Virus record (IMG/VR): IMGVR_UViG_3300035179_000003 | Location: 1-64,000 of that record | Length of the DNA: 64,000 bases | Strand: one strand, 5' to 3' | Source: a virus | Part shown: positions 9,795 through 19,028 of the stretch, piece by piece | Layout: the number at the start of each line of letters is the position of its first letter | How positions within the stretch are numbered: the first letter of the stretch is position 1 | The notes under the pieces: model-generated | Databases searched by the model: none | What the model was told of the DNA's origin: nothing | Seen by the model: only the letters and a program-made list of their open reading frames with translations | Program-made: the position numbers and the translations under genes

Positions 9795-10237
9795 TAAAAA
9801 ATTATACTTCTACAGTGTCAATAGCTAAATCGGTTCAACATATCGAAGAACGTTTAATGAAACATGGTGCCAAGCAGATTCTTAAAATTTGTGAAAATCA
9901 AAAATTAATCGGAATAGCGTTTAGCGTGGATGTTAATGGAAAAGAAATTCCATTTAAACTTCCAGCCAGAATCGATAGGGTTGAGCAACAATTATACAGT
10001 TTTGTTAAAAGACCGCGGCCTGATACGAAAAATAGAATTGCAGAACAAGCCGGGCGATCGGCATGGAAACTGTTGGCTGATTGGGTCGATATACAAATGT
10101 CGTTAATCGAACTCGATCAGGTTGAATTGGTTGAAGTATTCATGCCTTATATTTATGACGATTTTAATAAGCAAACATTTTTCGAAAAAATGAAAAATAG
10201 CGGATTTACGTTATTAGAAGATCGGCGTACAAAATAA
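9791..10237 (+). CDS. Hypothetical phage protein
   Basis: ATGA-coupled; NYTS.V...S...I...L..HGA and R.AW..L.DWV..Q pattern resembles a conserved phage family. Confidence 0.7.
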   Translation: MIKNYTSTVSIAKSVQHIEERLMKHGAKQILKICENQKLIGIAFSVDVNGKEIPFKLPARIDRVEQQLYSFVKRPRPDTKNRIAEQAGRSAWKLLADWVDIQMSLIELDQVELVEVFMPYIYDDFNKQTFFEKMKNSGFTLLEDRRTK

Positions 10238-10239
10238 TT

Positions 10240-10554
10240 ATGAGGATCACAAAAGATCAATTTATAAAAATGATAGAAAATTTTTCTTCAGACGTCGAGA
10301 TGGGCCAGTTTTTTCATAAAAGCAGACAATGGTCATGGAGAAAAAGAAAAAAATTTAAAATATTTTTTGGTATTGAGAAAAAAAAGAGAAACAAATCAAT
10401 TATAGAATTATACGATAATAATATTCGTATGAAAGAAATAGGAAAGCAGTTTTTCTTGTCAAAATCTCAAGTTTATAGAATAGTAAAGAAGGTCAAAGAT
10501 GCTAGAAAAAGACTTGCAGGCGAAAATCTTGAAATTCCTGGAATCAAGGAATGA
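10240..10554 (+). CDS. Putative helix-turn-helix DNA-binding protein
   Basis: RNKSIIELY...MKEIGKQFFLSKSQVYRIV, a Mor/sigma-4-like HTH pattern. Confidence 0.6.
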   Translation: MRITKDQFIKMIENFSSDVEMGQFFHKSRQWSWRKRKKFKIFFGIEKKKRNKSIIELYDNNIRMKEIGKQFFLSKSQVYRIVKKVKDARKRLAGENLEIPGIKE

Positions 10555-10786
10555 AGTATTTTCGTTTAAAATTAAACAAGCCAATAGAATTGGAATTCCT
10601 GATATTTTTTTTACTACCGTAAAAACCGGTCCATGGTTTGTGGAAATTAAACTGGAAAACGAGAAACCATTGATCCATCAATATGCAATAATAGATAAAT
10701 TAAATAAATGTGGAATGCGGGCAACATGGATATCCGGATGGGATGGGTGGATTGCTTTTGTTAAAAAAATCGGTTTATTGGAATAA
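10499..10786 (+). CDS. VRR-NUC domain nuclease (Holliday junction resolvase-like)
   Basis: MLEKDLQ.KI, GIPD, FVEIK, Q motifs. Confidence 0.85.
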   Translation: MLEKDLQAKILKFLESRNEVFSFKIKQANRIGIPDIFFTTVKTGPWFVEIKLENEKPLIHQYAIIDKLNKCGMRATWISGWDGWIAFVKKIGLLE

Positions 10787-10807
10787 CAATGATATAGGAG
10801 GAAAATT

Positions 10808-12412
10808 ATGAATGATGATTTTGCGCCTTATATCATTATAGAACAATGGATGACAGATGCTTTTCCGGATTTGGAGTATATCCATTATCCAATAGCTAAT
10901 AATATGGTTGTTATAATTAATGATAATGGGTGGGAAAAAATTGTTGATAAATCTGATATAGAAAAATGTGTTCTATTTGATTCTAATATTGAAGGAGTAA
11001 AAGTTGGAGTTACTTCATTGTGGGCTAATACTACATTGTTGGAATCTATTGTAACAGAAAATGTTAGATTATCACCAACGTATTCTGATATTTTTACTTG
11101 TATTATATCAAATAATATAAGTATTAAACAAAGAATAGAGATCTTACAATCAGAAGACAAGCCAAAAGAAGAGTTTATTTTACCAATTGAAAAAAACCCT
11201 TTATTTCTTAGTCCTTATTTAACTTTTGGAGAAGACGAGGTATTTATTGATACTTGTTGTAATGTCGAAGATCTTGAAATTCCATTATTACAATTTTCAA
11301 GAAAGTTAAAGAGAAAGATTATTGTGTTATATACATATAATTATAAAATAAATGATTTTGATGTATTTAATTCTGCATTCAAAATTTTTATAATTAGTGA
11401 ACACAACAGAGATTTTGTACCAGTACAAATAAATGGCGGTGCAATTTCATGTCTTGGATTTTTAACCAATTCTATTTATATTCCAAAACAAATGGATAAA
11501 AATACTTCGCCATACATAAAATATGATGTAATATTAAAGGATTCATTTACTAATGTAATCTTTAGTATCGGTAATAATGATGAAATGTATATCGTTATTC
11601 CGGGAGCTTCTGCTTTAGTTACTTTTATAAAAGAAATATGTAAAAGGTATAAATCTTCTGAAAATTTTGAAGAATTGGATAAAATGTATTATGAAAAATA
11701 TTTAAAAGAGAATAAAAAAAACTATATCAACATGGCAAAACAATCATCCATTCAAATAAAAAATGAATTGGTGGTAAAAGCGCAGTCGCTTCAAAATGAA
11801 TATGAGATATTGTTAAACAGTGTTTTGGAAAAAGCGAAAATGTTTAATGTAGTTCAAACTCAAATTAAGTATTTCGATCAACAAAGGTTTGATGAAGAAC
11901 AGGAAAAAAAATTTTCAGAAAATTATGATATGACTGAAGCATTAGACCGTGTTCATTCGATAATAATTAATCCAAACGGTATTGTTACTGTGAACACGAA
12001 AGAAATTTATGTAAAAGACGAACGCACCGGTAAATGGCATGAAATAGGAAAATTTTCAATTGTCATAGGTATGATTTCACAAAATTATGATATTCGTACA
12101 ACTGTGAGAATTAGAAATATTAAATATGGAGATTTGATTGCTGGTTATCAGGCGCCGCATGTCTTTAGTAATTGTTTAATGTGTCATGGCAATATAGAAG
12201 CAAGTATTGCCGATGCGTATAAAAATAAAAATCTATATGAATTGGTTTTATTAATCATACAATTTTTACAACATGCCAATACCGGGGATAGGGCGGGTGA
12301 GAATATCGACAAATGGCCTGAAGTGCCAGAAGATGTTGTGAAAGGGTTTCATAAAGTAGAAATTAAAAAAATAGATATTCCAATTTTTATCAAAAAGGAG
12401 GAAAAGTCTTGA
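10808..12412 (+). CDS. Coiled-coil protein with C-terminal prokaryotic E2 (UBC-fold)-like domain, paralog 1
   Basis: YQAPHVFSNCLMCHGN resembles the E2 HPN/HPH..C active-site flap; followed by LIIQFL..N..D.AG; in operon with JAB, E1 and Ubl. Confidence 0.7.
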   Translation: MNDDFAPYIIIEQWMTDAFPDLEYIHYPIANNMVVIINDNGWEKIVDKSDIEKCVLFDSNIEGVKVGVTSLWANTTLLESIVTENVRLSPTYSDIFTCIISNNISIKQRIEILQSEDKPKEEFILPIEKNPLFLSPYLTFGEDEVFIDTCCNVEDLEIPLLQFSRKLKRKIIVLYTYNYKINDFDVFNSAFKIFIISEHNRDFVPVQINGGAISCLGFLTNSIYIPKQMDKNTSPYIKYDVILKDSFTNVIFSIGNNDEMYIVIPGASALVTFIKEICKRYKSSENFEELDKMYYEKYLKENKKNYINMAKQSSIQIKNELVVKAQSLQNEYEILLNSVLEKAKMFNVVQTQIKYFDQQRFDEEQEKKFSENYDMTEALDRVHSIIINPNGIVTVNTKEIYVKDERTGKWHEIGKFSIVIGMISQNYDIRTTVRIRNIKYGDLIAGYQAPHVFSNCLMCHGNIEASIADAYKNKNLYELVLLIIQFLQHANTGDRAGENIDKWPEVPEDVVKGFHKVEIKKIDIPIFIKKEEKS

Positions 12413-13383
12413 AAATAATAATAAGACCTAGAGTTTTTGAATGGTATCCGAAACTTTTATTTTATGGTTTTGTTCCGGATGAATTTTTTACATCCGGTGG
12501 TCGTATATCAAGATCGATAGATGACATTGTTGTTTTTCAACATGAATCTGAAGAACAATTAAGAAGAATTTTAAATAATGATTCGATTTTTAATGAGCTA
12601 ATTGTAACTACAATTGATGACGGTTTTGTAGTTAATTTGCCACCAGCTAATCTTGTAGAAACGACAAGTCCCGTAACAGACGCTGATATCGTACCGGGAT
12701 TTGATGAAACGGAAGATGAAGATAATAGAATTATTGAAGTTAACCCTGATTATAGACTTCCTAAAAAAGAGGAAGAAAGCAATTATGCTATAAAAATAGC
12801 ACAATGTTTAAATAATTCCACTACATCTGAAGCAAGAGATTTAACGTCATTAATGGATCGATTTCATACATTAACAAATGAATTAATTAAAATTAAAAGA
12901 TTAATTGATTCAAAAGGTAAAGTGCTTGATTGTGATCCTGATGTTAAAAAGATCATAGAATCGATAATATATTTAAAAAAACATCCGAAAATTGATGATG
13001 TTTTTCTTTCCCCAGAGTTCAATATTAATATCGTCACAAAAGTTATAAAAGTAGAAGTTGAACATGTTATACGAATTTTGGGAAAGATGCTTATTATCCT
13101 TCCGTTGAAATTGTTCGTAGGGAGTAACCCCAATTTAAGTGGTATAAGAATTATTAATTTAACTCATATCATTTCTTATAATAGCACTCTGTATCAGGCT
13201 CCGCATGTTTATGAAAATGAGGGGTCTTGTTTTGGCGGAGCAACTTGTGATTTAATTATAAATGCAATTGCAGCCCGCGACGTAACTTTAACATTTTCGG
13301 CAATTTTACAGTTCTTAGAACTGCCGAATATTGAAGATGAAGCAGGCGAATGTGCGTTACTTTTGCCGGAGGCAAATAAATGA
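12409..13383 (+). CDS. Coiled-coil protein with C-terminal E2-like domain, paralog 2
   Basis: YQAPHVYENEGSCFGG...AILQFL..PN.EDEAG matches paralog 1 motif for motif; TTGA overlap. Confidence 0.7.
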   Translation: MKIIIRPRVFEWYPKLLFYGFVPDEFFTSGGRISRSIDDIVVFQHESEEQLRRILNNDSIFNELIVTTIDDGFVVNLPPANLVETTSPVTDADIVPGFDETEDEDNRIIEVNPDYRLPKKEEESNYAIKIAQCLNNSTTSEARDLTSLMDRFHTLTNELIKIKRLIDSKGKVLDCDPDVKKIIESIIYLKKHPKIDDVFLSPEFNINIVTKVIKVEVEHVIRILGKMLIILPLKLFVGSNPNLSGIRIINLTHIISYNSTLYQAPHVYENEGSCFGGATCDLIINAIAARDVTLTFSAILQFLELPNIEDEAGECALLLPEANK

Positions 13384-14228
13384 AATTACGAGTAATGAAT
13401 ACTAATATAGTATTCGCCCCTAAAATTATTATTGACCAAAAAGCAAAAGAGTGGATGAAAGCCATTGTCGATCTTCATGAAACTGAAGTTGGATTTTATG
13501 CATTGTCTACGATGAGGGATGACAATACCTTTTTTATTAGCGACGTGTATTACCCGAAACACAATATCGCTAATTTGGGACATTGCGAAATAGCAGATAG
13601 TGGTCAATCCGATTTCATGAGATTGCTTATAAGTCAAGGTAGAGAAGACGATGTTGGTAAGATTAAAGTATGGGGCCATTCTCATGTTGATATGGGAATA
13701 AGCCCAAGTAAAGATGACCATGATCAAGCCATGGAATCGGCACGAGACAATAAGGATTATTTTATCAGATTAATCACAAATAAGAAACATCAGATAGGCG
13801 TTTCTTTTTATGACTATAAAAAAAATCTGATTTATGATGAAGTAGGTTGGGAAATAGAAGTATCAAATGCCGAATCAATTTATGAAACCAAGGTAAATCA
13901 GATAATAAATATTATTACAGCAAATCAAAATTATACACAGGCGATAAAAGAAATTCGTCTGGTATTGGATAATAATGTTTTTTATCAAGAGGCATGTGAA
14001 TATATAAAATTAAAAAAAGAAGAAAACATGCCACAGCCTACATTTAATGGACAAACAAATTTGTTTGCGCATTCATATGATTTCGGTTTTAAAAATGATC
14101 AAAGATTTTTTTCAAAAAAAAACAAAACAAGTTTTACGCCATTTTTCGAAAGAGATCCCGTCGATCAGATGGGATTAGAAAACCTATTGGATGAAGATAG
14201 TTATTACGGAAAGGGGTTTTACGAATAA
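13380..14228 (+). CDS. JAB/MPN+ (JAMM) metallopeptidase, putative deubiquitinase/Ubl maturase
   Basis: EVGFY glutamate plus WGHSHVDMGISPSKDD = H-x-H-x7-S-x2-D zinc motif. Confidence 0.9.
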   Translation: MKLRVMNTNIVFAPKIIIDQKAKEWMKAIVDLHETEVGFYALSTMRDDNTFFISDVYYPKHNIANLGHCEIADSGQSDFMRLLISQGREDDVGKIKVWGHSHVDMGISPSKDDHDQAMESARDNKDYFIRLITNKKHQIGVSFYDYKKNLIYDEVGWEIEVSNAESIYETKVNQIINIITANQNYTQAIKEIRLVLDNNVFYQEACEYIKLKKEENMPQPTFNGQTNLFAHSYDFGFKNDQRFFSKKNKTSFTPFFERDPVDQMGLENLLDEDSYYGKGFYE

Positions 14229-14956
14229 TGGATTACAATCGTCAAAACAAATTATTGAATGTTGCAAAAATAGGTAAAAAAAGTATCACTTTAATAGGAG
14301 CCGGGGCTGTTGGATCACACGTTGCCTTGTTATTGACCCAAATGGGATGGGGCGATCAAAGCAGTGACCAAGGAGTTATTAACGTATTTGACTTTGATAA
14401 AGTCGAAGAGCATAATCTGGCAAATCAGATATATGATCCGTCTCATGTCGGAAAATTCAAGGTTGATGCTCTTAATGAGGCAATTAAGAAAAAGTGTGGT
14501 TTCGGAATTAATACTTTTAATGAAAAAGTAATTAATCAAACCGCGAACGTTCAATCTACCTATGTTTTTCTTATGGTGGATACCATGGCAGGCAGAAAAG
14601 AAATTTTTGATAACTGCCTGCGTTATAGTTTCGATACCCAGTTGGTAATCGAGACTCGAATGGGGTTAGATGAAGGTCGAATTTATGCATTCAATCCCGC
14701 AAATAGGGAGCATTTACGTGAGTGGGAATTTTCCTTGTATTCAGATCAAGAGGCCGAATTATCATTATGCGGGACCAGTATGGCTATAGCGATGACCGCT
14801 TGGTATATTGCAAGTCTTGCAGTTTCCAGAGTAATTCAGCATTTTAATGATAAAAAAGATTTATGGAATGAATTTCACTTTTGTTTATGTCCCGAATCAT
14901 ATTATTATAGAAGGTTTAGTGAAAAACCTTTTATGTTACAACAATTTAATTCATAA
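14228..14956 (+). CDS. ThiF/MoeB/E1-family adenylyltransferase (Ubl-activating enzyme)
   Basis: RQ, GAGAVGS, DFDKVEEHNLANQ, K, VDTM..R motifs; candidate catalytic Cys in LSLCG. Confidence 0.93.
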   Translation: MDYNRQNKLLNVAKIGKKSITLIGAGAVGSHVALLLTQMGWGDQSSDQGVINVFDFDKVEEHNLANQIYDPSHVGKFKVDALNEAIKKKCGFGINTFNEKVINQTANVQSTYVFLMVDTMAGRKEIFDNCLRYSFDTQLVIETRMGLDEGRIYAFNPANREHLREWEFSLYSDQEAELSLCGTSMAIAMTAWYIASLAVSRVIQHFNDKKDLWNEFHFCLCPESYYYRRFSEKPFMLQQFNS

Positions 14957-14968
14957 GGAGTAATAAAG

Positions 14969-15424
14969 ATGATTCTGGTAAAATTGATGAAGTTGGGAAT
15001 TCCGGTTGTTGAATACAGCATGGAAGATGGAGCAACCGTTTCCGATTTATTTGAAACGGCTGATGAGGAGTTCAAGGGAACAGTAACCATTCTTGACCGT
15101 CCCGTAGATGAAGACACGGTTCTTCGTGATGGTGACCGGGTTTTCGTATCGGCCAAAGTAAAAGGCAGCACCCCTCTTGAGGTAAAACTCTTGAGGGTCG
15201 GCGGCGCTACAACCAAAACCTATGTAGTGGAATCTGGGACAAGTCTCGGGGATTTCATTAATGGGTTGGAAGACAAGGATGATTACATAGACGCAAGCGG
15301 TAATCACAAGTGGACCTACACCGATGTTGTGGGCGTCGTATTGAGCCTTGGATATACATTCTCTGGCACTCCGGAACAGGTAATACGCATTCTCCTGTCC
15401 AAAAAGACCAAGGGAAGCAGGTAA
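14969..15424 (+). CDS. Tandem two-domain ubiquitin-like (beta-grasp) protein
   Basis: Domain 1 VKL..G...EY.MEDGATVSDL...LRDGDRVFV..KVKGS; domain 2 VKLL.VG....Y.VESGTSLGDF...ILLSKKTKGSR; strong TAAGGAG RBS; adjacent to E1. Confidence 0.85.
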   Translation: MILVKLMKLGIPVVEYSMEDGATVSDLFETADEEFKGTVTILDRPVDEDTVLRDGDRVFVSAKVKGSTPLEVKLLRVGGATTKTYVVESGTSLGDFINGLEDKDDYIDASGNHKWTYTDVVGVVLSLGYTFSGTPEQVIRILLSKKTKGSR

Positions 15425-15503
15425 ACCTCAAAAAAAGGAGTTTCAAATGGTACAGGATGCTATGTATCAGCTAATTTTTAACCTGATGTTATTCCTTTTT
15501 GAT

Positions 15504-15527
15504 AGGGGGCCGAAAGGCTCCCTTTTT
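15504..15527 (+). terminator. Intrinsic terminator closing the Ubl operon
   Basis: AGGGGGCC-GAAA-GGCTCCCT hairpin followed by T run, between convergent genes. Confidence 0.85.
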
Positions 15528-15532
15528 AGCTA

Positions 15533-17566
15533 TCAAATGCCAGCTGTTGGAGATCGCGGGGGCAATTGCTCTGGTAAAGATTGTGATTGTGATTCAATAG
15601 GTTCGGTTTCTACAACCTGATCTTGCTCTGTTGTAACCGGTTGTTGTGTTTCTGGATCTATTGGTACTATCTGCGGAATTCCTGCTAATAAATCAGCTTC
15701 TATCATTTGTAATTCTTTGAGATTTTTATAGACTTCTTGATAAGTATGTGGCATTGATTTGCTCATAATAAACATTCTTAATGTAAATTCTTCACGACTA
15801 AGACGGGATAGCGTGGCAAATCTTTGTGTAAGCATCATTATGATTTGCTGAACAGTAAATTGTTGAACTCCACCCATTTCCTCACTAAGTTTTGATCCAT
15901 CTTCCTGTGTTTTATTAATCGACGATTTATTATGGCGTTCTCTGGATTCCTGTTCGGCGGAATACATTTTATTATTGAATTCAACCTGAGCATCGGCGTT
16001 GAATCTCTGTTGTATTATACCCGCTTTACCACCTGCCGATGCCTCGCCTTCCAATTCTTCAATTCTTAATTCAATCGATTGACTCGTTTCTTCCATTATA
16101 TTTTTAAACTCAGTTTCCGGATCCATATCCAGTTCTTGTATTGCCGTCGTTCTTGATACGACGCGCTGTGATGGTGTTCCGGAAGAAGCCTGCAGGAGCA
16201 TACCTTTTCTTTGTATATCATCAGCCATTTTGAATGGCGACATTTTAATATCGATTTCAGGAATATTAAAATAAATCGCCAAATGATTTTTTACCCAATC
16301 TATCAATTCATGCATACTGGTTCGATGATTGATAAATCTATTTTCAACAATTCTGAGAGAAACATTGCTCCCCGACCATGATGCGCCACCCCTTATAATT
16401 TCAGGTATTACGCCCATGCCGGTAATAATTCCATCTTCGGTCTGTTTTATTTCAGGAGTAGTCATTAATAATCTGGCTTCTCCGCTGAAGGTCTGAAAAC
16501 CAACCGGTAACGGCATGATGGATATATGGTTAGGATCTACCTTCCATTTTCTAAGCTCTTCTTCAATTTTCTGTCTCCAACTGGTTAAATTAATAGTGGC
16601 ATGGGGAGAAACATCACCTGTTCCCTGTGGAAATATAATTCTCAATGGAACGATATGATCGAGCGAAATCATTTCGTTTCCCTTTTTCAGAATTTTAAGA
16701 TGAAACACGTCTTTTAAAACAGGCAATACCGTCGGAATCCCCCATCCACGTTCAGATGGATAAAAGTATTGCGGTCCGGGTTGTTTAAAATAAAAAACAT
16801 TATCATTTTTTAATTTTAATTGTTTGTTCTGTTTTACAGCGTCTAAAATTTCAATACGCAAGGAGTTGACTATATCAAGATCGCCCTTTTTAACAGCCTC
16901 TACGAGAAACGGGGGTATCTGATAATAAAAAAAATGTTCATTTGTTATATTATTATATTTAATTTCAATAAACAGAAGATCCCATAAAATAATACTTAAT
17001 TTATCTGTTTCTTTAGTCTGCATGTCGCTGATTTCAAAATCGGTTAATGATCCACAGGATGAGCATTTTCCTTTATATATATAATTTTTATATTCAAGAT
17101 CAGTCTCTGATTCGACAGTATTTATAGTGTTACATTTTTTACATGTTAATAATCTCTTAAATGGAAAATGTATGGAAATAAGGCTGGATCCATATGCATG
17201 ATAATCCATTCCTATTTGATGCATGACTTTGATGAATTTTAATTTTTTCTCAAAAATATCTTTCCATTTATCAACCGTTTTATCGCCTTCGATAAATGAT
17301 TTTTTTTGATCGGTAAATTTGAGCGAAGTAATGGGGTATTCGGACATTCGTGCAATACATTGATATACAAGCGGATCAGAAAGAATACTGGAGGCTATAA
17401 ACCGGAACATACCTTTAATTGTTTTAGGTATGAATGTATTGGTCATATCTAGGAACGGGGAATCGTATTTAATAGACGATCGGGTGAAAGAAACTTTAGT
17501 TTCCCCACCGCCCCCTGGGACACCACTCGGACTCAATACGTTTCCAGCTAAGCCTTCTGCTGCCAT
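15533..17566 (-). CDS. Putative portal protein with zinc-ribbon insertion
   Basis: Size, DYHAYGSSLISI, GWGIP, acidic Q/P-rich tail and position in the head block are portal-like; CKKC/CSSC insert. Confidence 0.65.
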   Translation of the reverse strand: MAAEGLAGNVLSPSGVPGGGGETKVSFTRSSIKYDSPFLDMTNTFIPKTIKGMFRFIASSILSDPLVYQCIARMSEYPITSLKFTDQKKSFIEGDKTVDKWKDIFEKKLKFIKVMHQIGMDYHAYGSSLISIHFPFKRLLTCKKCNTINTVESETDLEYKNYIYKGKCSSCGSLTDFEISDMQTKETDKLSIILWDLLFIEIKYNNITNEHFFYYQIPPFLVEAVKKGDLDIVNSLRIEILDAVKQNKQLKLKNDNVFYFKQPGPQYFYPSERGWGIPTVLPVLKDVFHLKILKKGNEMISLDHIVPLRIIFPQGTGDVSPHATINLTSWRQKIEEELRKWKVDPNHISIMPLPVGFQTFSGEARLLMTTPEIKQTEDGIITGMGVIPEIIRGGASWSGSNVSLRIVENRFINHRTSMHELIDWVKNHLAIYFNIPEIDIKMSPFKMADDIQRKGMLLQASSGTPSQRVVSRTTAIQELDMDPETEFKNIMEETSQSIELRIEELEGEASAGGKAGIIQQRFNADAQVEFNNKMYSAEQESRERHNKSSINKTQEDGSKLSEEMGGVQQFTVQQIIMMLTQRFATLSRLSREEFTLRMFIMSKSMPHTYQEVYKNLKELQMIEADLLAGIPQIVPIDPETQQPVTTEQDQVVETEPIESQSQSLPEQLPPRSPTAGI

Positions 17567-17585
17567 TATAATCCCTTACCAGACG

Positions 17586-17840
17586 CTATCTTAAACCACT
17601 TGTTAATTTTTTACGTATTTCAGAAAAGTGTTTGAAGGTTTGCTCAATATCTTTAAGATTGCGCTTAGAAAATTGCACATTATTAATAACACGCTTTAAG
17701 GTGTCTCGATTCGCTGAACCAATCATTGTATGCAAAGGACCATTCACTTTACCGCTAGACCTGAGTATTTGAACAATCTTACTATTACTCAACGCAACCT
17801 TCTCAAGTTCACCCTTTAATGCATTCCCAATCTTAACCAT
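17586..17840 (-). CDS. Small hypothetical virion protein
   Basis: In structural block; contains ELEKVA. Confidence 0.6.
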   Translation of the reverse strand: MVKIGNALKGELEKVALSNSKIVQILRSSGKVNGPLHTMIGSANRDTLKRVINNVQFSKRNLKDIEQTFKHFSEIRKKLTSGLR

Positions 17841-17861
17841 AATTTATCTCTGCTTTGATCG

Positions 17862-19028
17862 TTATGTTAAATAAATTGAACCTGTATGAAATATAGTGGT
17901 AATTTTTTTTATTCCAAAATTTCCATCACTACAACAAACAGTTTTTCCATATGTTGAACACCCTTTAACAATATGTATTTTTCTTTTTATAAATACAAAA
18001 TCACCAGGCTGTATTGAATATCTTTGTTTACGGATAGATGGCTTAAAACCCTTTCTATTCAACTGCAAAACCCTATTATTTCTATGTTTCTGCTTAAATA
18101 TAATTGGAGCCACTTTTCTCTGTTCGTTTCCACCAGCTATTACAAAAGCATCGTTATAATGGCTTTTTTCTAACCTCAAAATATTTCTTTTAACAAAAGT
18201 CTCATTTCCATAAATTAACTTACAATTTGATAAAATATTTCTGAATTTATTCCTTATTATACTCATAAATGTTGCATCTTTGTAAACCTTATTCTTTTTT
18301 AACACATCATACAACTTGTTCTTATGCAATTTCTTATGACATCTCTCATGCAACAAAGCCAAATTCTTCTCCCGGTCTATTCCACCGTTACTCCTCGATA
18401 TAATGTGGTGAATATGAAAACTGTTACCTTTTGAAAACTCTTTACCGCATAACTGACATCTTCCCTGCTCCCGGAACATTAAAAAACTTCTCATGTTTTG
18501 ATATTCAAACAACGATCCTTGTTGATATTGTATTCCTGCTATATCTGGATTCTCTATTTTCTGAATATCAAAATTACCTACTTCAATTACAACATTCTTA
18601 ATTGGTAATAGTTTTTTTAGCTTGTTAATCAAGGTTATGTGGGTGTTGAATCTTCTCTGTGTTGAAGGTGGTAAATAACCAATAGCTGTTTTTCTATTGT
18701 TAAATCTTGGCTTTCTATACCACAATCTACTCCTTCTACCCCTTCGATACATTCTCTTTTCTATAAGTCTCTCAGATGTCCTTTGATCCAAAAGAAGCGT
18801 TCCTGCTACTATTTCTTTTTTATCAGTTATTGCTGAAAAACCTATATTCTTAAAACCGCTGTCTATTCCCAAAGAACAATCTTGAACCTGATTCTCACAC
18901 TCAAAATTCAATTTAATAACAAATGGATTCTGCTTTACAACATGCGCTTTTCCTCCTTCTAAAAGATGCCTTGCCTTTGTACTTGTGCATGGCATTAAAG
19001 GTTTTCCATTAATTGACAATACAAACAC
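17862..19028 (-). CDS. iscB: RNA-guided endonuclease IscB
   Basis: VFVL...GKPLMPC (PLMP), RuvC-I GIDSG, RRGRR bridge helix, RuvC-II IEVG.FD, HNH with CQLC..HH..N..H, RuvC-III HYNDA; start set at GTG 19028, though the frame is open to ATG 19202. Confidence 0.93.
   Translation of the reverse strand: MFVLSINGKPLMPCTSTKARHLLEGGKAHVVKQNPFVIKLNFECENQVQDCSLGIDSGFKNIGFSAITDKKEIVAGTLLLDQRTSERLIEKRMYRRGRRSRLWYRKPRFNNRKTAIGYLPPSTQRRFNTHITLINKLKKLLPIKNVVIEVGNFDIQKIENPDIAGIQYQQGSLFEYQNMRSFLMFREQGRCQLCGKEFSKGNSFHIHHIISRSNGGIDREKNLALLHERCHKKLHKNKLYDVLKKNKVYKDATFMSIIRNKFRNILSNCKLIYGNETFVKRNILRLEKSHYNDAFVIAGGNEQRKVAPIIFKQKHRNNRVLQLNRKGFKPSIRKQRYSIQPGDFVFIKRKIHIVKGCSTYGKTVCCSDGNFGIKKITTIFHTGSIYLT

Noticed and set aside
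13380-15424. ThiF + ThiS-like + JAB as a thiamine/molybdopterin/cysteine sulfur relay, or as lambda-type tail assembly proteins I and K
   Set aside because: No ThiG, MoaE, cysteine synthase, desulfurase or rhodanese nearby; two E2-like genes are coupled; the operon is on the non-structural strand and the JAB lacks an NlpC domain. Disfavoured, not formally excluded.
15447-15620. ORF after a strong AAGGAG downstream of the Ubl gene (MVQDAMYQLIF...)
   Set aside because: Reads through the terminator and into the antisense of the portal; no recognisable product, so not called a sixth operon gene
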